From Rhodocyclaceae bacterium (GTDB lineage: Bacteria > Pseudomonadota > Gammaproteobacteria > Burkholderiales > Rhodocyclaceae): 64,000 bases of DNA. The stretch spans positions 83,807 to 147,806 of the forward strand of contig DAHXLO010000036.1 of assembly GCA_027365955.1 (NCBI GenBank). Reading direction: 5' to 3'. The notes beneath the pieces were generated by a model. The model was not told where the DNA came from. It saw only the letters and a program-made list of their open reading frames with translations, and did no database searches. Shown here piece by piece: positions 25,797 through 35,648 of this stretch. The position numbers and the translations under genes are program-made. Each line of letters starts with the position of its first letter. The stretch's first letter is position 1.

Positions 25797-26990
25797 TCAG
25801 CGATCACGCAAGGCTTCTCGGAGCTGAGCCAGGTAGGCTCGTGCGACCTCGGGGTCAGCCGCACGGGATGCCGGCGGTGACGAGGGCGCAGGTGACGGGG
25901 GCGCTGGCGGTGCCGATGCACTTTCTCCGGCCCAGGCCTTGAACTCCCCGCGGATCGCCTTCTGGATGATGCCAAACAGGTAGCCGGCCGGGTTGCGTAC
26001 CGCGCTGTTGTGGCAGCGTGCCGCCCACTCGTCGAGAACGGCCTGCCTCTGCGCCTCGTCCACCTGCTGCAGCGCCACCAGCGCGCCGGCCTGCTGCTCG
26101 TCCTTCAAGCGCAGGAAACGCTCGGGTAGCCGCAGGTTCTGCAAGGCCCTCGCGCGCGGTACTGTACGTACTTCATTTATACGATCATTACGTACTGTAC
26201 GGTCCTCCTTCGGAATCCGAAGAGAGCCGTCCGGCGCGGGTTTCGGTCCTGCTTCGGATTCCGAAGACGGGCGCGCAGCATTCCGAAGAAGGGCTTCCTG
26301 GCCTTCTTCGGATTCGTGGTCCGCACCCTCCTGTGGATAACCTGGCGTCGTCCAGCCATGCAGCGCCATGCGCTGCGCCAGCACCTGCAAGCGGGTCGGC
26401 AATGTGCGGCCGCTGAGCAGCGGGTCTTCGGCAATCTCCTTGAGCGTGTTCATGCCCACGATCTGTACCGCCTTGGCGGCATGGGTCAGCGCCTGGCTGA
26501 CCAGGCCGAGGTAGTCGGCATCGAGCTGCATCGCCTCGAAGGGCGACAGCGGTTCGTCGTGCAGCACGTAGAGGTTGCCTTGGATGCGGCCGGTCTTCGG
26601 GTCGCGCCGCCGCCGCGCCAGGCTGAGCCAGCGCGTCAGCCGCAGCAGCGTCAAGGCGCGCGCCACGGTCTCGTGCGAGGCTTGCGCCGCACAGGGCATG
26701 GACGCCAGATAGGGGCGGAGCTGGTCGTAGGTGGGAAAGGCGGTCACGCCGTCGTCGTTGAGCTGCAGGCGGAACACCTGCCAGGCGTTGCGCTCCAGCG
26801 GCGTCAGGCGCCGGTCGAGGAACAGCCTGCGCGGCACGCTCTCATGGCGGTTGCCGCTGTAGAGGAAACCGTCGGCGGCCGGCGCCGTGCCCTGCGCCGG
26901 TTCCTTCGGCTCAAGGTGCCGCAGCGCCTCGTCGAACAACGCCGACAGCGCAACCGGGCCATCGCGCCGTGATGCGCTGCCCGTGGTCAT
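25797..26990 (-). CDS. STY4528-like ICE helix-turn-helix/replication protein
   Basis: FLYSGNRHESVPRRLFLDRRLTPLERNAW and terminal NPAGYLFGII motifs. Confidence 0.82.
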   Translation of the reverse strand: MTTGSASRRDGPVALSALFDEALRHLEPKEPAQGTAPAADGFLYSGNRHESVPRRLFLDRRLTPLERNAWQVFRLQLNDDGVTAFPTYDQLRPYLASMPCAAQASHETVARALTLLRLTRWLSLARRRRDPKTGRIQGNLYVLHDEPLSPFEAMQLDADYLGLVSQALTHAAKAVQIVGMNTLKEIAEDPLLSGRTLPTRLQVLAQRMALHGWTTPGYPQEGADHESEEGQEALLRNAARPSSESEAGPKPAPDGSLRIPKEDRTVRNDRINEVRTVPRARALQNLRLPERFLRLKDEQQAGALVALQQVDEAQRQAVLDEWAARCHNSAVRNPAGYLFGIIQKAIRGEFKAWAGESASAPPAPPSPAPSSPPASRAADPEVARAYLAQLREALRDR

Positions 26991-26992
26991 GG

Positions 26993-27553
26993 CTACACCA
27001 GCCCCTGGTCGATCCAGTTCCGTATCGCCGACCAGATCACCGACATGGGCAGGGTCATGGCCTCGGCCAGGTCCATGGTCAGCGCCAGCATCGCCATGTC
27101 GTCGTTCAGTGCGATGTGCCGCTCCGTGATGCCGGCCTTCCAGCGTTCCCACAGGGCCACGTCCTGCGCCTCGTCGAGCACCGGATGCCGGCCCTTGCGC
27201 TTGGGCAGTCCGAGGATGTCGCGGCGCAGCGCCACTTCTTGATGCGTGAGGCCGTAGAACTTGCTGACCATCTCCGTGCTCGCCTCCAGGCGCAGCATGC
27301 GGTCCACCGTGGCGATCTCCCGCTCCACGTCGTGCACCTGGCTCAGCAGCCGCTTCAACACTTCCCGGTTCACCGACACCGAGCACCACGACACCGTGGC
27401 ATTCACCAGCATGCTCACGAGTTCGGGGTGCTTCAGCGCATCCAGCTCCTCCTCGCCGAAGCCCATCGCCTTGCAGCGGCGCAACTGCCCGTTGCGCAGG
27501 TCATGCAGGGCCTGGGCGATCACGGCCTGGTTGAGTGGGTGCGGTGCCGACAT
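26993..27553 (-). CDS. DUF2857 protein (BisC-like activator subunit)
   Basis: NQAVIAQALHDLRNGQLRRCKAMGF N-terminus; directly downstream of the ParB-like gene. Confidence 0.8.
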   Translation of the reverse strand: MSAPHPLNQAVIAQALHDLRNGQLRRCKAMGFGEEELDALKHPELVSMLVNATVSWCSVSVNREVLKRLLSQVHDVEREIATVDRMLRLEASTEMVSKFYGLTHQEVALRRDILGLPKRKGRHPVLDEAQDVALWERWKAGITERHIALNDDMAMLALTMDLAEAMTLPMSVIWSAIRNWIDQGLV

Positions 27554-27570
27554 GCGGGAGCCTCCTGCGC

Positions 27571-29229
27571 TCAGGAATCCTGGCTCGCTACGCCGGCTTC
27601 CAGATCCAGCAGCCGGCGCGCCAGGCGCAGCAAACGGAACAGCTTCACCAGCGCAGCATCGCTCAGGCGTGTGGCCGAGCCGCCGTGGCCATGCAGCAGC
27701 GCCGCCAGCTCGTCGGCCAGCCGCGCGCGGTCCAATCCATTCGCGGAGGGCGGAGCCGCACTCAGCACATGCAGCAGGGTCAGCACCGCCCGCGCGAACG
27801 CCGGCAGCGCCTTCGCCTGGCCCACGGCCGGTGCCACGCAGACGAAGCCGATGCCGCCGACGCTGGCCTCAATGTGGTCGGCGACCGCCGCTTCCTCGCC
27901 GATCTCGCGCGCGAACTGCGCGATGTGCACGCGCAGGCGATCCGGCACGTCCAGCCCCGGCTCGACGTACCAGACGTCCGAGATGGGATAGAGCCCGCCG
28001 ACCTGCACGGGGATCGCACGCAGCGCATCGGCCTCGAAGTCGGGCAGCTTGTCGCCGAGCTGGTCCGCGACCATCCGCTGGATGGACTGCAGGCGCTCGG
28101 TGGTCGGTGCCGGTGTCACGATGTGCCCTTGCAGGCGCTCGTCGCGTTGCCCGTGCTGGTCCTCCGGCGCTTCGGGCGATGCAAGCGGTGTCGCTGCTGG
28201 CGCCGAAGGCGCGACCGGCGTGGTGTCGCGCGGCACAGACGAGGCGGGTGGCTGCCGAGGCGCGGAGACCGGCGGGGGAGGACCAGCAGGCACGACAGGC
28301 GCTGCCGGTGGCGTCGGTGCCGCCGGTTCGCTGGTCAGCGCACGCTGGCGGCTTTCGCTGTCGTTGATCTCCAGCGCCAGCGTGTCGTAGTCCGCCTCCA
28401 GCAGCTCGGCCATCTGGCCGACCAGCTCGTCCTGCACCCGCTGCGGCGAGAAGTCGTCCGGCTGTGTGTCGAACTGCGTCAGCACGTCCTGAAACAAGGT
28501 GGCGAAGTCCACAGTCACGGTGCGGCCCAGCGCACGCCGCTCCCAGGTGCGCTCGCACGCCTTGCGCAGCACCGCGAGCCGGTCCACCTGATGCCGGCCC
28601 AATCCGCCGTACAACAGCGTCGGGATCGCCGGCAGTAGATAGCGCACCGCATCGTTCATGCGGCTGATGTGTGACTGCGGCACCGGATAGCCGTCGGCAG
28701 TCAGTCGCCGCGCGAGTTCGCTCTGCGACAGCGCCTGGCCGCTTTCCTGCTCGTAGAACTCGCGCGCCTTCTCGATGCCCAACGCCCGCTCGATGAAGGT
28801 CAGCCCGCCGCGCAGCTCGTTCTCGGCCAGATGCCCGGTCAGCGCCACGATTTCGCCGCGCGCCGGCCACGGGCGGAACAGGCACGCAATGCGGAAAAAG
28901 CGCTCCTCCTTGGTCTCGCTCCACAACTCGCGCAGGATCGCCAGCCGCGTGTTGCCGCCGTTGCGAATGATGTAGTGCGCCTCGCCCGGCCTGCGCGTGA
29001 TCGCGGGGGGCGCGTCCAGCCCACGTTCGCGGATGGACGCCTTGATCTCCGCATAGGCCGGGTTGCGCGTCACGCGTGGGTCGTGGTCGTAGGGCCGCAA
29101 CTGGTCCAGCGTCACCACCATCGGCGTGTCGGCGATGGGGTCGCTCAAGGTCGCGGCCGAAGGGCCGCTGCGCTCGAAGCCGGTGGCCAGCAGCTTGGCA
29201 GCCATGTTCTGCGGCGTCAGCTCAGCCAC
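27571..29229 (-). CDS. parB: ParB-family protein, PFGI-1 class (BisD-like)
   Basis: NGGNTRL ParB-box, HLAENELRG and an HTH with ISRM; GTG start with GGAG RBS. Confidence 0.85.
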   Translation of the reverse strand: MAELTPQNMAAKLLATGFERSGPSAATLSDPIADTPMVVTLDQLRPYDHDPRVTRNPAYAEIKASIRERGLDAPPAITRRPGEAHYIIRNGGNTRLAILRELWSETKEERFFRIACLFRPWPARGEIVALTGHLAENELRGGLTFIERALGIEKAREFYEQESGQALSQSELARRLTADGYPVPQSHISRMNDAVRYLLPAIPTLLYGGLGRHQVDRLAVLRKACERTWERRALGRTVTVDFATLFQDVLTQFDTQPDDFSPQRVQDELVGQMAELLEADYDTLALEINDSESRQRALTSEPAAPTPPAAPVVPAGPPPPVSAPRQPPASSVPRDTTPVAPSAPAATPLASPEAPEDQHGQRDERLQGHIVTPAPTTERLQSIQRMVADQLGDKLPDFEADALRAIPVQVGGLYPISDVWYVEPGLDVPDRLRVHIAQFAREIGEEAAVADHIEASVGGIGFVCVAPAVGQAKALPAFARAVLTLLHVLSAAPPSANGLDRARLADELAALLHGHGGSATRLSDAALVKLFRLLRLARRLLDLEAGVASQDS

Positions 29230-29458
29230 GGCCATTCTCCTGCGCTTGCCGGTCGGCGCGGCGAAGCTGTGCGCGGGCATTGCGGTCGGCACGGTTGTCG
29301 CTCGCCGTCGAGCTGGTGTAGATCGACGCGCAGCCTTGCTTCGTGAATTTCAGGTGCCCGCCGGACGTGCGAACCACGCGCCAGCCTTCGCCCAGCGCGA
29401 ACTCGATCAGCGCGCGCAGCCGTTCGCGGCCGCGCGCCAGTTCATGCGCGCTCGCCAT
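29222..29458 (-). CDS. Small HicA-like protein (position of shi in ICEclc)
   Basis: GWRVVRTSGGHLKF motif; overlaps both parA and parB. Confidence 0.7.
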   Translation of the reverse strand: MASAHELARGRERLRALIEFALGEGWRVVRTSGGHLKFTKQGCASIYTSSTASDNRADRNARAQLRRADRQAQENGRG

Positions 29459-30308
29459 GGCCGGCCCCTCCCGCATCGGCCCGACCGGTGACCAGCGCGA
29501 AGCGCTCCCGCCACACGGGGAACAGTTCGCCGGCCAGCGTGCGCATGGTCTCCAACGCCGCGGGCGCCGTGCGCCCAGCCGGCTGCCGGTACTCCACCCG
29601 GTGCACCGGCAATCCTCGTGTCGCAGCGCGCGGATAGGCTTCGATGGCCGGTACGTCGGTGCCCAGCACCTGCACGCCGGCCTGTTCCTGAAACACCTGT
29701 CGCAGCGCCTGCTGGACCAGCCGCGCATTCGACGACACAGGATGCACACGGTTGATGAGCAGACGCAGCGGCGGCGGCTCGATGCCCAGGTGCCGATACG
29801 GCGCGATGTCCTCGATCAGTTGCAGCGTGCCGCGCCGCAGCTCGCGCGCCGCGAGGATTTCCGGCGTCACCGGCGACAGCGCCAGGTCGGACGCCAGCAC
29901 CGCCATCTCCAGCAGCACGCTGCGCGCGCCCTGGGTGTCGATCAGCAGCAAGTCGTAGTGCGTGCGGAAGACGGGAAGCAGATGGCGCAGTCGCAGGCGC
30001 CCATCCGGAGCGTGCAGCAGCAGCGTGTTCAGTTCGCCGCGGTCGTCGTTGGAGAGCACCAGGTCCAGGCCCGCGATCACGGTACGCGACACCAGTTGCT
30101 CGATGCGCCGCTCGTTGAAGGCCAGCATCTGGTAGATGCCGCCGGGCGCGCGAACGTCCAGCGTGAAGTAGCTCGACAGCGTGGGCTGCACGTCCAGGTC
30201 CAGCAGCAGCACGCGCAGCCCGGCATCGGCGATGAAGCCGCCCAGGTTGGCCGCCGTCGTGGTCTTGCCCACGCCGCCCTTGGTCGAAATGATGGACACC
30301 ACCTGCAT
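29442..30308 (-). CDS. parA: ParA/Soj ATPase
   Basis: KGGVGKTT, DLDVQ and LIDTQG motifs. Confidence 0.92.
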   Translation of the reverse strand: MQVVSIISTKGGVGKTTTAANLGGFIADAGLRVLLLDLDVQPTLSSYFTLDVRAPGGIYQMLAFNERRIEQLVSRTVIAGLDLVLSNDDRGELNTLLLHAPDGRLRLRHLLPVFRTHYDLLLIDTQGARSVLLEMAVLASDLALSPVTPEILAARELRRGTLQLIEDIAPYRHLGIEPPPLRLLINRVHPVSSNARLVQQALRQVFQEQAGVQVLGTDVPAIEAYPRAATRGLPVHRVEYRQPAGRTAPAALETMRTLAGELFPVWRERFALVTGRADAGGAGHGERA

Positions 30309-30348
30309 GGGCTTCTCCTCGTCGAATGGCATGAACCGAGAAGAAGCG

Positions 30349-30567
30349 TCAGGCGCGTTCTTTGAGGCGATCGGCGATCCACTGTTCGATCTCCACCGAG
30401 TCCCAGCCCACCGCGCGCACGCCCAGGCGCAGCGCCTTGGGGAACTTGCCTTCCTTCATGAGGCTGTAGATGTGCGCGCGCTTGAAGCCGGTCTTGGCTT
30501 CGACCTCGGCGCGGCGCAGGATGCGGTGCTCGGGCGGCAAGGCCGGCGCGATGGTCTGCGAAGACAT
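30349..30567 (-). CDS. alpA: AlpA-family regulator
   Basis: ILRRAEVEAKTGFKRAHIY.LMKEGKFP...LG.RAVGW. Confidence 0.92.
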   Translation of the reverse strand: MSSQTIAPALPPEHRILRRAEVEAKTGFKRAHIYSLMKEGKFPKALRLGVRAVGWDSVEIEQWIADRLKERA

Positions 30568-30569
30568 GA

Positions 30570-30613
30570 GAGGCACTCCTTGACGCTCGATGGCGTTGTT
30601 CAGAAAGTGCCTC
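30570..30613 (-). promoter_or_regulatory. Hairpin in the alpA 5' leader that pairs with the ribosome-binding site
   Basis: GAGGCACT...AGTGCCTC arms with an inner ACGC/GCGT stem. The 3' arm overlaps AAGGAG, 2 nt before ATG. Confidence 0.5.
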
Positions 30614-30691
30614 GCATTCCATATGCTGCTGCTGCGAGATTCACTGCAACTGCAGAACACGCAACTGCAATTGCAGTCTGCTGTTACAGGC

Positions 30692-31447
30692 TCAGCGCGA
30701 TGCCTCCAGGTGGCGACGCGCCTGTGCCAGCTTGCTCCACAGCGTTCGCTCGCTGATGCCGGGCCGCCCTTCATGGTGGGCCAGTAGCGCACTGATCACC
30801 GCATCCATGTTGCGGAAGGACGAGTAGGCAGAGCCCGCGGGGGACTTGCCTAACAGCAATGTCAGCAGGCCGCCAATGATGTTCAGGTAAGTCGATTCGC
30901 TGCGCAGGCCCGGTTCACTCGCATCGCCCTCACGAATGCTACTGGCATGCTCCTTCGCCAACGCTTCGTGCTGTGCCTTCAGCGCCGCATGTAGTTGTGC
31001 GAGTTCGGCAAGCTGCAGCTTGGCGGCCTCGCGATCGGCTAGCAACACGTTCAGCATGGCGACGCTCACCGAAGGATGCAGTTCGCGCTCGATGCCGTCG
31101 AACAGGAATGGAGGCCGCTCACCGGGGTAGTAATGCGACATCCACGCCTTCAGGTCGACGTGGCGCACGATCAACGCAGGATCGTCGAGTGCGGGGCGCT
31201 GAGGTTCCTGCGCCATGCCTGCCTTGCCGTAAGAAAGCTCATCGTGTGCCAATGCGTCGAAGATGCGCTCGGAGAAAAGGCGCAGCAAGGGCCAGCGCGG
31301 AAAGTCGTTCGGCTCAGGCATGGCACGTGGCCCGAGCGTTTCCAGAATCCGCGGCTCAAAGCGCAACAGTCCCGCCCAACGGACGGCCGCCTCGATCGGG
31401 CGGTAGTAGATCCTGGCGCCAAAGGCAAGGCAACTCGATTTCTCCAT
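30692..31447 (-). CDS. BisR-like ICE transcriptional activator (by position and sequence type)
   Basis: IYYRPIEAA.RW, SERIFDAL and RSESTYLNIIGGLL.LLLG.SP.G motifs; immediately upstream of alpA as in ICEclc. Confidence 0.68.
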   Translation of the reverse strand: MEKSSCLAFGARIYYRPIEAAVRWAGLLRFEPRILETLGPRAMPEPNDFPRWPLLRLFSERIFDALAHDELSYGKAGMAQEPQRPALDDPALIVRHVDLKAWMSHYYPGERPPFLFDGIERELHPSVSVAMLNVLLADREAAKLQLAELAQLHAALKAQHEALAKEHASSIREGDASEPGLRSESTYLNIIGGLLTLLLGKSPAGSAYSSFRNMDAVISALLAHHEGRPGISERTLWSKLAQARRHLEASR

Positions 31448-32001
31448 GTCGCGTGCGTCCCATCGTCGGCTCGAACTCTGGCAGACGCGCACCGCCCAAG
31501 TGGGCGAGGCGATTGCCCAGAAATCCGGATGAAGCGCAGGACCGGCCGGGATCGTGGAAGGAAGCGTTGCATCGGCGCTGACGGCCGGCTAAGGGCGAAC
31601 TACATCTTGCTACGCTTGAAACTCCTCAACCATGATGCGGGCGCTTTGCCTTTGGACCGGCACGCGGCTTGGTGGTCGCGCTCCCCTGGAGTCAAGCATG
31701 GGTGCCGCGCTTTACCCGAAACCTGGCCAAAGTTTTCCGTAGGAATTCCAACGGCGTAAAGTGCCAATGCGTCAACAGGATGAGCCGGTTTGCAACCAGC
31801 AAAAGCTCATGCGTTCCGCGTCAGTGAAATGACCGCGGCGGCGAGCCCGCAGGCGAGTGCCGGAGTACGGAAGGGCGCAGCAATTGCGTCGAAACTGGAA
31901 TCAGTACAGCGCATGAGCCATGCAGATCGGGTCAGCCGCAAGACCAAAGATGAATCGCGCAATCCGAGAAAACTAGCCGCGCACCTTTCGATAGATCTGC
32001 G

Positions 32002-32913
32002 TCAAATCGCGCGTGATGTGCTTGCGTCCTGATGACATACACGTTCGGCGCGTTCGATGAACCGCTGCAACGGCTCCGTCATGCCACCCTCGGTTCGTAA
32101 CAGATAGGTGGTTATCGATGCGCTCTGACCGGCCAACGGGCGGACAACAACATCCGCCGGCTGGCAAGTTGCCAAGTGCGCGGCAGTGGAAAAACTTAGC
32201 CCGTACCCTGCGGCCACCAACGTCAGCATCAGCCCGTGAGAAGCGGCATACTCAGCCACGATCGGTTGGACATCGACAGAGCGGAACAGTCGTTCGCTCT
32301 GCCGACCGCAACCTTGGCATGCCCGTGGATCACAAAGTACCAGCGGATAGCTCACCACTTCCTGCAACGGCACTTCCTTGAAGGCTACAAGCGGGTGCCG
32401 TGCGGGCAGGATCACTACCAAGGGGTCGGCCCACAGCGGCTCAGCAATGATCCCGTCCTCCACTTCATTGACCATTGCAAAGCCGGCGTCGAACAGATTT
32501 GCGTTCAGCCCCTGCACGAGTTCGGTCAGCGGTACTTCGGAGAGCCGGATGTTTACCTGCGGCGACTCTTCGCGGCACAGTGCAAGCAGTGCTGATAGCC
32601 TCGCCCGTCCTATGTCTCTCGACAGCGCGATTCGCAAAATGCCCTGAGAACCGGAGGCAGCAGCCTTCGCGCTGGCCACTGCCTGCTCAACGCTCAACAT
32701 GATGCGGCGGGCGTCGTCGAGGAAGACTCGCCCTGCCCAAGTCAGGGTTGCGCCCCGCGGCGTGCGACTGAGCAACGTCACGCCTAGAGTTGTCTCCAAC
32801 TTGCGGATCGTGCGTGATAGGGGAGATTGTTCTATATGCAGCCGCCTAGCGGCTCGACCGAAGTGCAGTTCCTCGGCTACAGCAATGAAACAGCGAAGAT
32901 GACGTAAGTTCAT
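32002..32913 (-). CDS. LysR-family transcriptional regulator (TciR-like candidate)
   Basis: MNLRHLRCFIAVAEELHFGRAA HTH plus substrate-binding domain. Confidence 0.93.
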   Translation of the reverse strand: MNLRHLRCFIAVAEELHFGRAARRLHIEQSPLSRTIRKLETTLGVTLLSRTPRGATLTWAGRVFLDDARRIMLSVEQAVASAKAAASGSQGILRIALSRDIGRARLSALLALCREESPQVNIRLSEVPLTELVQGLNANLFDAGFAMVNEVEDGIIAEPLWADPLVVILPARHPLVAFKEVPLQEVVSYPLVLCDPRACQGCGRQSERLFRSVDVQPIVAEYAASHGLMLTLVAAGYGLSFSTAAHLATCQPADVVVRPLAGQSASITTYLLRTEGGMTEPLQRFIERAERVCHQDASTSRAI

Positions 32914-33330
32914 GCGCAGTCCCTCGTGACGTGACCAGTCCTTATGATCGTAGGGAGCCGCATGCGTGCGGAGAAGAGGCCGGCATGTCTTGCAGCGGCT
33001 GTCGTCGCCGGCTCACAGCACGCGGGCAATGGTGTCCGGAGTTATTGCAACGCTGCTTGAACGCGGGCGGCGGTCATGGCGGATGGCTAGCTAGAGCACT
33101 CGCGCCAGCGCGCCTCGGCTAGTCTTCTGTGGCCGCAGCGACCCGAGGAAGACAGTCGCGGCGTCTTACGTCACTCCCCGAGGGCGAGCGATTTGGTCTG
33201 TCGACACGGGCGGCGGCGCAGCGTCTGAAGTTCGCGCCAGCGGGCATCGCGCCGGATGAACTGTCGATGGGCATGTTCGGCGAATTCGAGATCGCCACCT
33301 GTAACCGCGCTGCTGAAGCACTGCGGCCGG

Positions 33331-33855
33331 AGCAGTCGCAGCAAGCGGCTGACGCGGGCGGACAAGCAATTCCTGTAACATGTGCCGCGCCTCTTCACTG
33401 TCTTGCAGCAAGCCCGCGACAGCGTGAGGGGAGCGGCCAACGGCTTTCACGGTCAGCAACGCATTACGCTGTCCGATGGCATCACCCCGTCGCGCTTGCC
33501 GACCTTGCTGGCGTTAAGCTGGCAGGAGGAGCCCGACGTCGAGTTGCGCCTGTTCGAGGTGTCACTGTCGCAGCAAATCAAGGGGCTGCATGGCGATCTG
33601 TATGACCTAGGGCCCAGTCTGGTGAAGTGGGTGACGACATCGTGGCTAAGGCGCTTTGGAGCGCCCCCCTCATGGTCGCGGCGCCGGCATGGCATCCGCT
33701 GCTCAAGCACAAACGTATCTCACTGGACGAGGTGCTGCGTTATCCGCTGGTGCTGGTGACCCACATGCATACGGGAGTCATGCACGTCAGATCCAACGAG
33801 TGCTGCCGCGGGTGAAGCAGGAACCCGTGATCGCTGCACGGGTGGCTTCCTGGGA
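33331..33855 (+). pseudogene. Degraded LysR gene
   Basis: RLTRADKQFL*HVPRLF...SDGITPSRLP..EEPDVELRLFEV: in-frame TAA at 33376, frameshifts near 33610 and 33760, no HTH and a truncated 3' end. Confidence 0.8.
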
Positions 33856-33926
33856 ACCTGAAACGCGTCGAGGTATATTGATTGGACAGAAGCTAGTCTT
33901 CCGTCAACAGGTGTAGCCATCCCTTG

Positions 33927-34400
33927 CTAGCGGCTTCCATAGAACTTTTCCACGAACGGGCGACGGTAACTCTGGTGGCAGGCTAGGCAGCTTTGCTGGG
34001 TTTTGGAGAAAGCCGCGATGACTGCTTGGCCGTCATTCCGCTGTGCAGCCTCGCCCATGGCGGTCGCGGCGTCATGCACCTGTCCATCCAGACCCCGAAA
34101 CTTTCCAGCGTCTGCCCCAAGCCAAGCAAGGATGCGCATCTTTTCCGACATGGGCGGCTCGGCATGCTTGGCGATTCGTGGTGCTAGCTCGGCGACCAGC
34201 GGCCAGTCTTCTTTGGAGATCGCGCCCGTGACGGCTTGCATGTCGCGACCGAGTCTTTCCATTATGGTACGAAGCGCCATTGGCTTTGCCGCCTCTACGG
34301 ACTGCGCACCGAGTGCCGTGGCGAAGGTTGCCAAGAGCACGGACAGCGGGACGGTGAAAAACGATCTGGGTTTCAAGGGCTGGTTCACGAATTTCTCCAT
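33927..34400 (-). CDS. Cytochrome c' (class II c-type cytochrome)
   Basis: Signal peptide, helical body and C-terminal CLACH heme motif. Confidence 0.85.
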   Translation of the reverse strand: MEKFVNQPLKPRSFFTVPLSVLLATFATALGAQSVEAAKPMALRTIMERLGRDMQAVTGAISKEDWPLVAELAPRIAKHAEPPMSEKMRILAWLGADAGKFRGLDGQVHDAATAMGEAAQRNDGQAVIAAFSKTQQSCLACHQSYRRPFVEKFYGSR

Positions 34401-34448
34401 TGATGTTGTGACGAATGCTTTGGGTCTAACGATTGGTTGCAGGTGTCC

Positions 34449-35648
34449 TCAAAATTCCAGACTCAGCGCGATCGATCCGAATGCGTGATGGCCCGCCTGC
34501 TGGTCGAACTCGCGGGTTCTCCAAACGCGCATCACGGCGAGCCGTACGCCACGTCCAGCAACGATCCATTGGCTACTGATGCCGAGAGCTGCTTGCGCGA
34601 TCCAAGGCCGCCGGCTGACGTGATGGCTATGCCGGAACATGTTTCCGTCGAGTGAGAAGTCCCAGGCGACGGCTTTACCCTCCAGATTCAGGAAGACATG
34701 TGCCCCAGGTTTGGGCGCCAGGACCGACTGCGGCGTTGTCGTGCGCAGATCCGCAACACCAGAGGGCGGGCGGTTCTCTGCGCCAGGGCGGATCGGATAG
34801 CTGCCGAAGTCGTTCGGTATGTTCCAGCCCGCGCGAAACTCCACGCCGGTACTGGCGGCGGTTTCGATGTTTCCGACCCGCAGGGCATAGCTGCCGATCA
34901 CGTCGCTGCCCCATCCAGGGCGGACCGCACCCTCCGTGTACGGCTTGAACTTGCGCTCCATGGCCATCTGAAACGCCGGCTCGTTGCGCAACTGGTTGTC
35001 CCAGCCGCGAAATCGCTCAATGCCGCGTGCCCGATGCACCAGATCCTGAGATTGCTCGGCCAGCGACCAGGGGCCGATCACGCCCAGGGTCAGCTCACGC
35101 ACGTCAAGCATTTCGTAGCTGGCGGCTTGTGGGTGGATGCGGCGATTCCACGCCAAACCCAGGTAGAGCAAACCAGCGTACGGTCGGTCATCTGGAATCA
35201 CGTCGGTGCGCGTCTTGTTCTCGGGCGTGTACATGGACTGGCCAAAGCGCACGACGAGGTTTTGCGACGATGTCTGGGCGCCGGAATCGCGCCAGAACCC
35301 GGGATCAGCCCAGCCGATGAAGCGGGCGTACAAACCAATCGGCTGAGGCAGGCACTCCGGACGGAGCCCGCCTTGCAGATCACGTGAGACTGCTGTTAGC
35401 GCGACACCGTTGGTGTAGTTGCGATCGGAGCCGGTGAACAAATCGTTCTCCAGACGCAGGGTGCCGCCCCGCCAGCGCAGGGATTGCTCTGGCGAGCAGG
35501 AGGGAGGATTTGCAGAGAGTGAGACTTCGGAACCAAAAGCAGAAATCGGGCTGAACAATGCACCCGCAATCAACAAGATAACGCACTGCATCGGCTGCCG
35601 CACCTTGGTGCCGCGCAGGCTCCAGCGATACCCGCCGATGCCAATCAT
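34449..35648 (-). CDS. LpxR/DUF2219-family outer-membrane protein (lipid A deacylase-like)
   Basis: ENDLFTGSDRNYTNG, GQSMYTP, RPYAGLL and C-terminal Phe. Confidence 0.82.
   Translation of the reverse strand: MIGIGGYRWSLRGTKVRQPMQCVILLIAGALFSPISAFGSEVSLSANPPSCSPEQSLRWRGGTLRLENDLFTGSDRNYTNGVALTAVSRDLQGGLRPECLPQPIGLYARFIGWADPGFWRDSGAQTSSQNLVVRFGQSMYTPENKTRTDVIPDDRPYAGLLYLGLAWNRRIHPQAASYEMLDVRELTLGVIGPWSLAEQSQDLVHRARGIERFRGWDNQLRNEPAFQMAMERKFKPYTEGAVRPGWGSDVIGSYALRVGNIETAASTGVEFRAGWNIPNDFGSYPIRPGAENRPPSGVADLRTTTPQSVLAPKPGAHVFLNLEGKAVAWDFSLDGNMFRHSHHVSRRPWIAQAALGISSQWIVAGRGVRLAVMRVWRTREFDQQAGHHAFGSIALSLEF

Noticed and set aside
31780-31810. ATGAGC-N19-GCTCAT inverted repeat upstream of the bisR-like gene as a LysR site
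   Set aside because: Six-base arms can occur by chance and the spacing does not fit the T-N11-A pattern; too weak to call.
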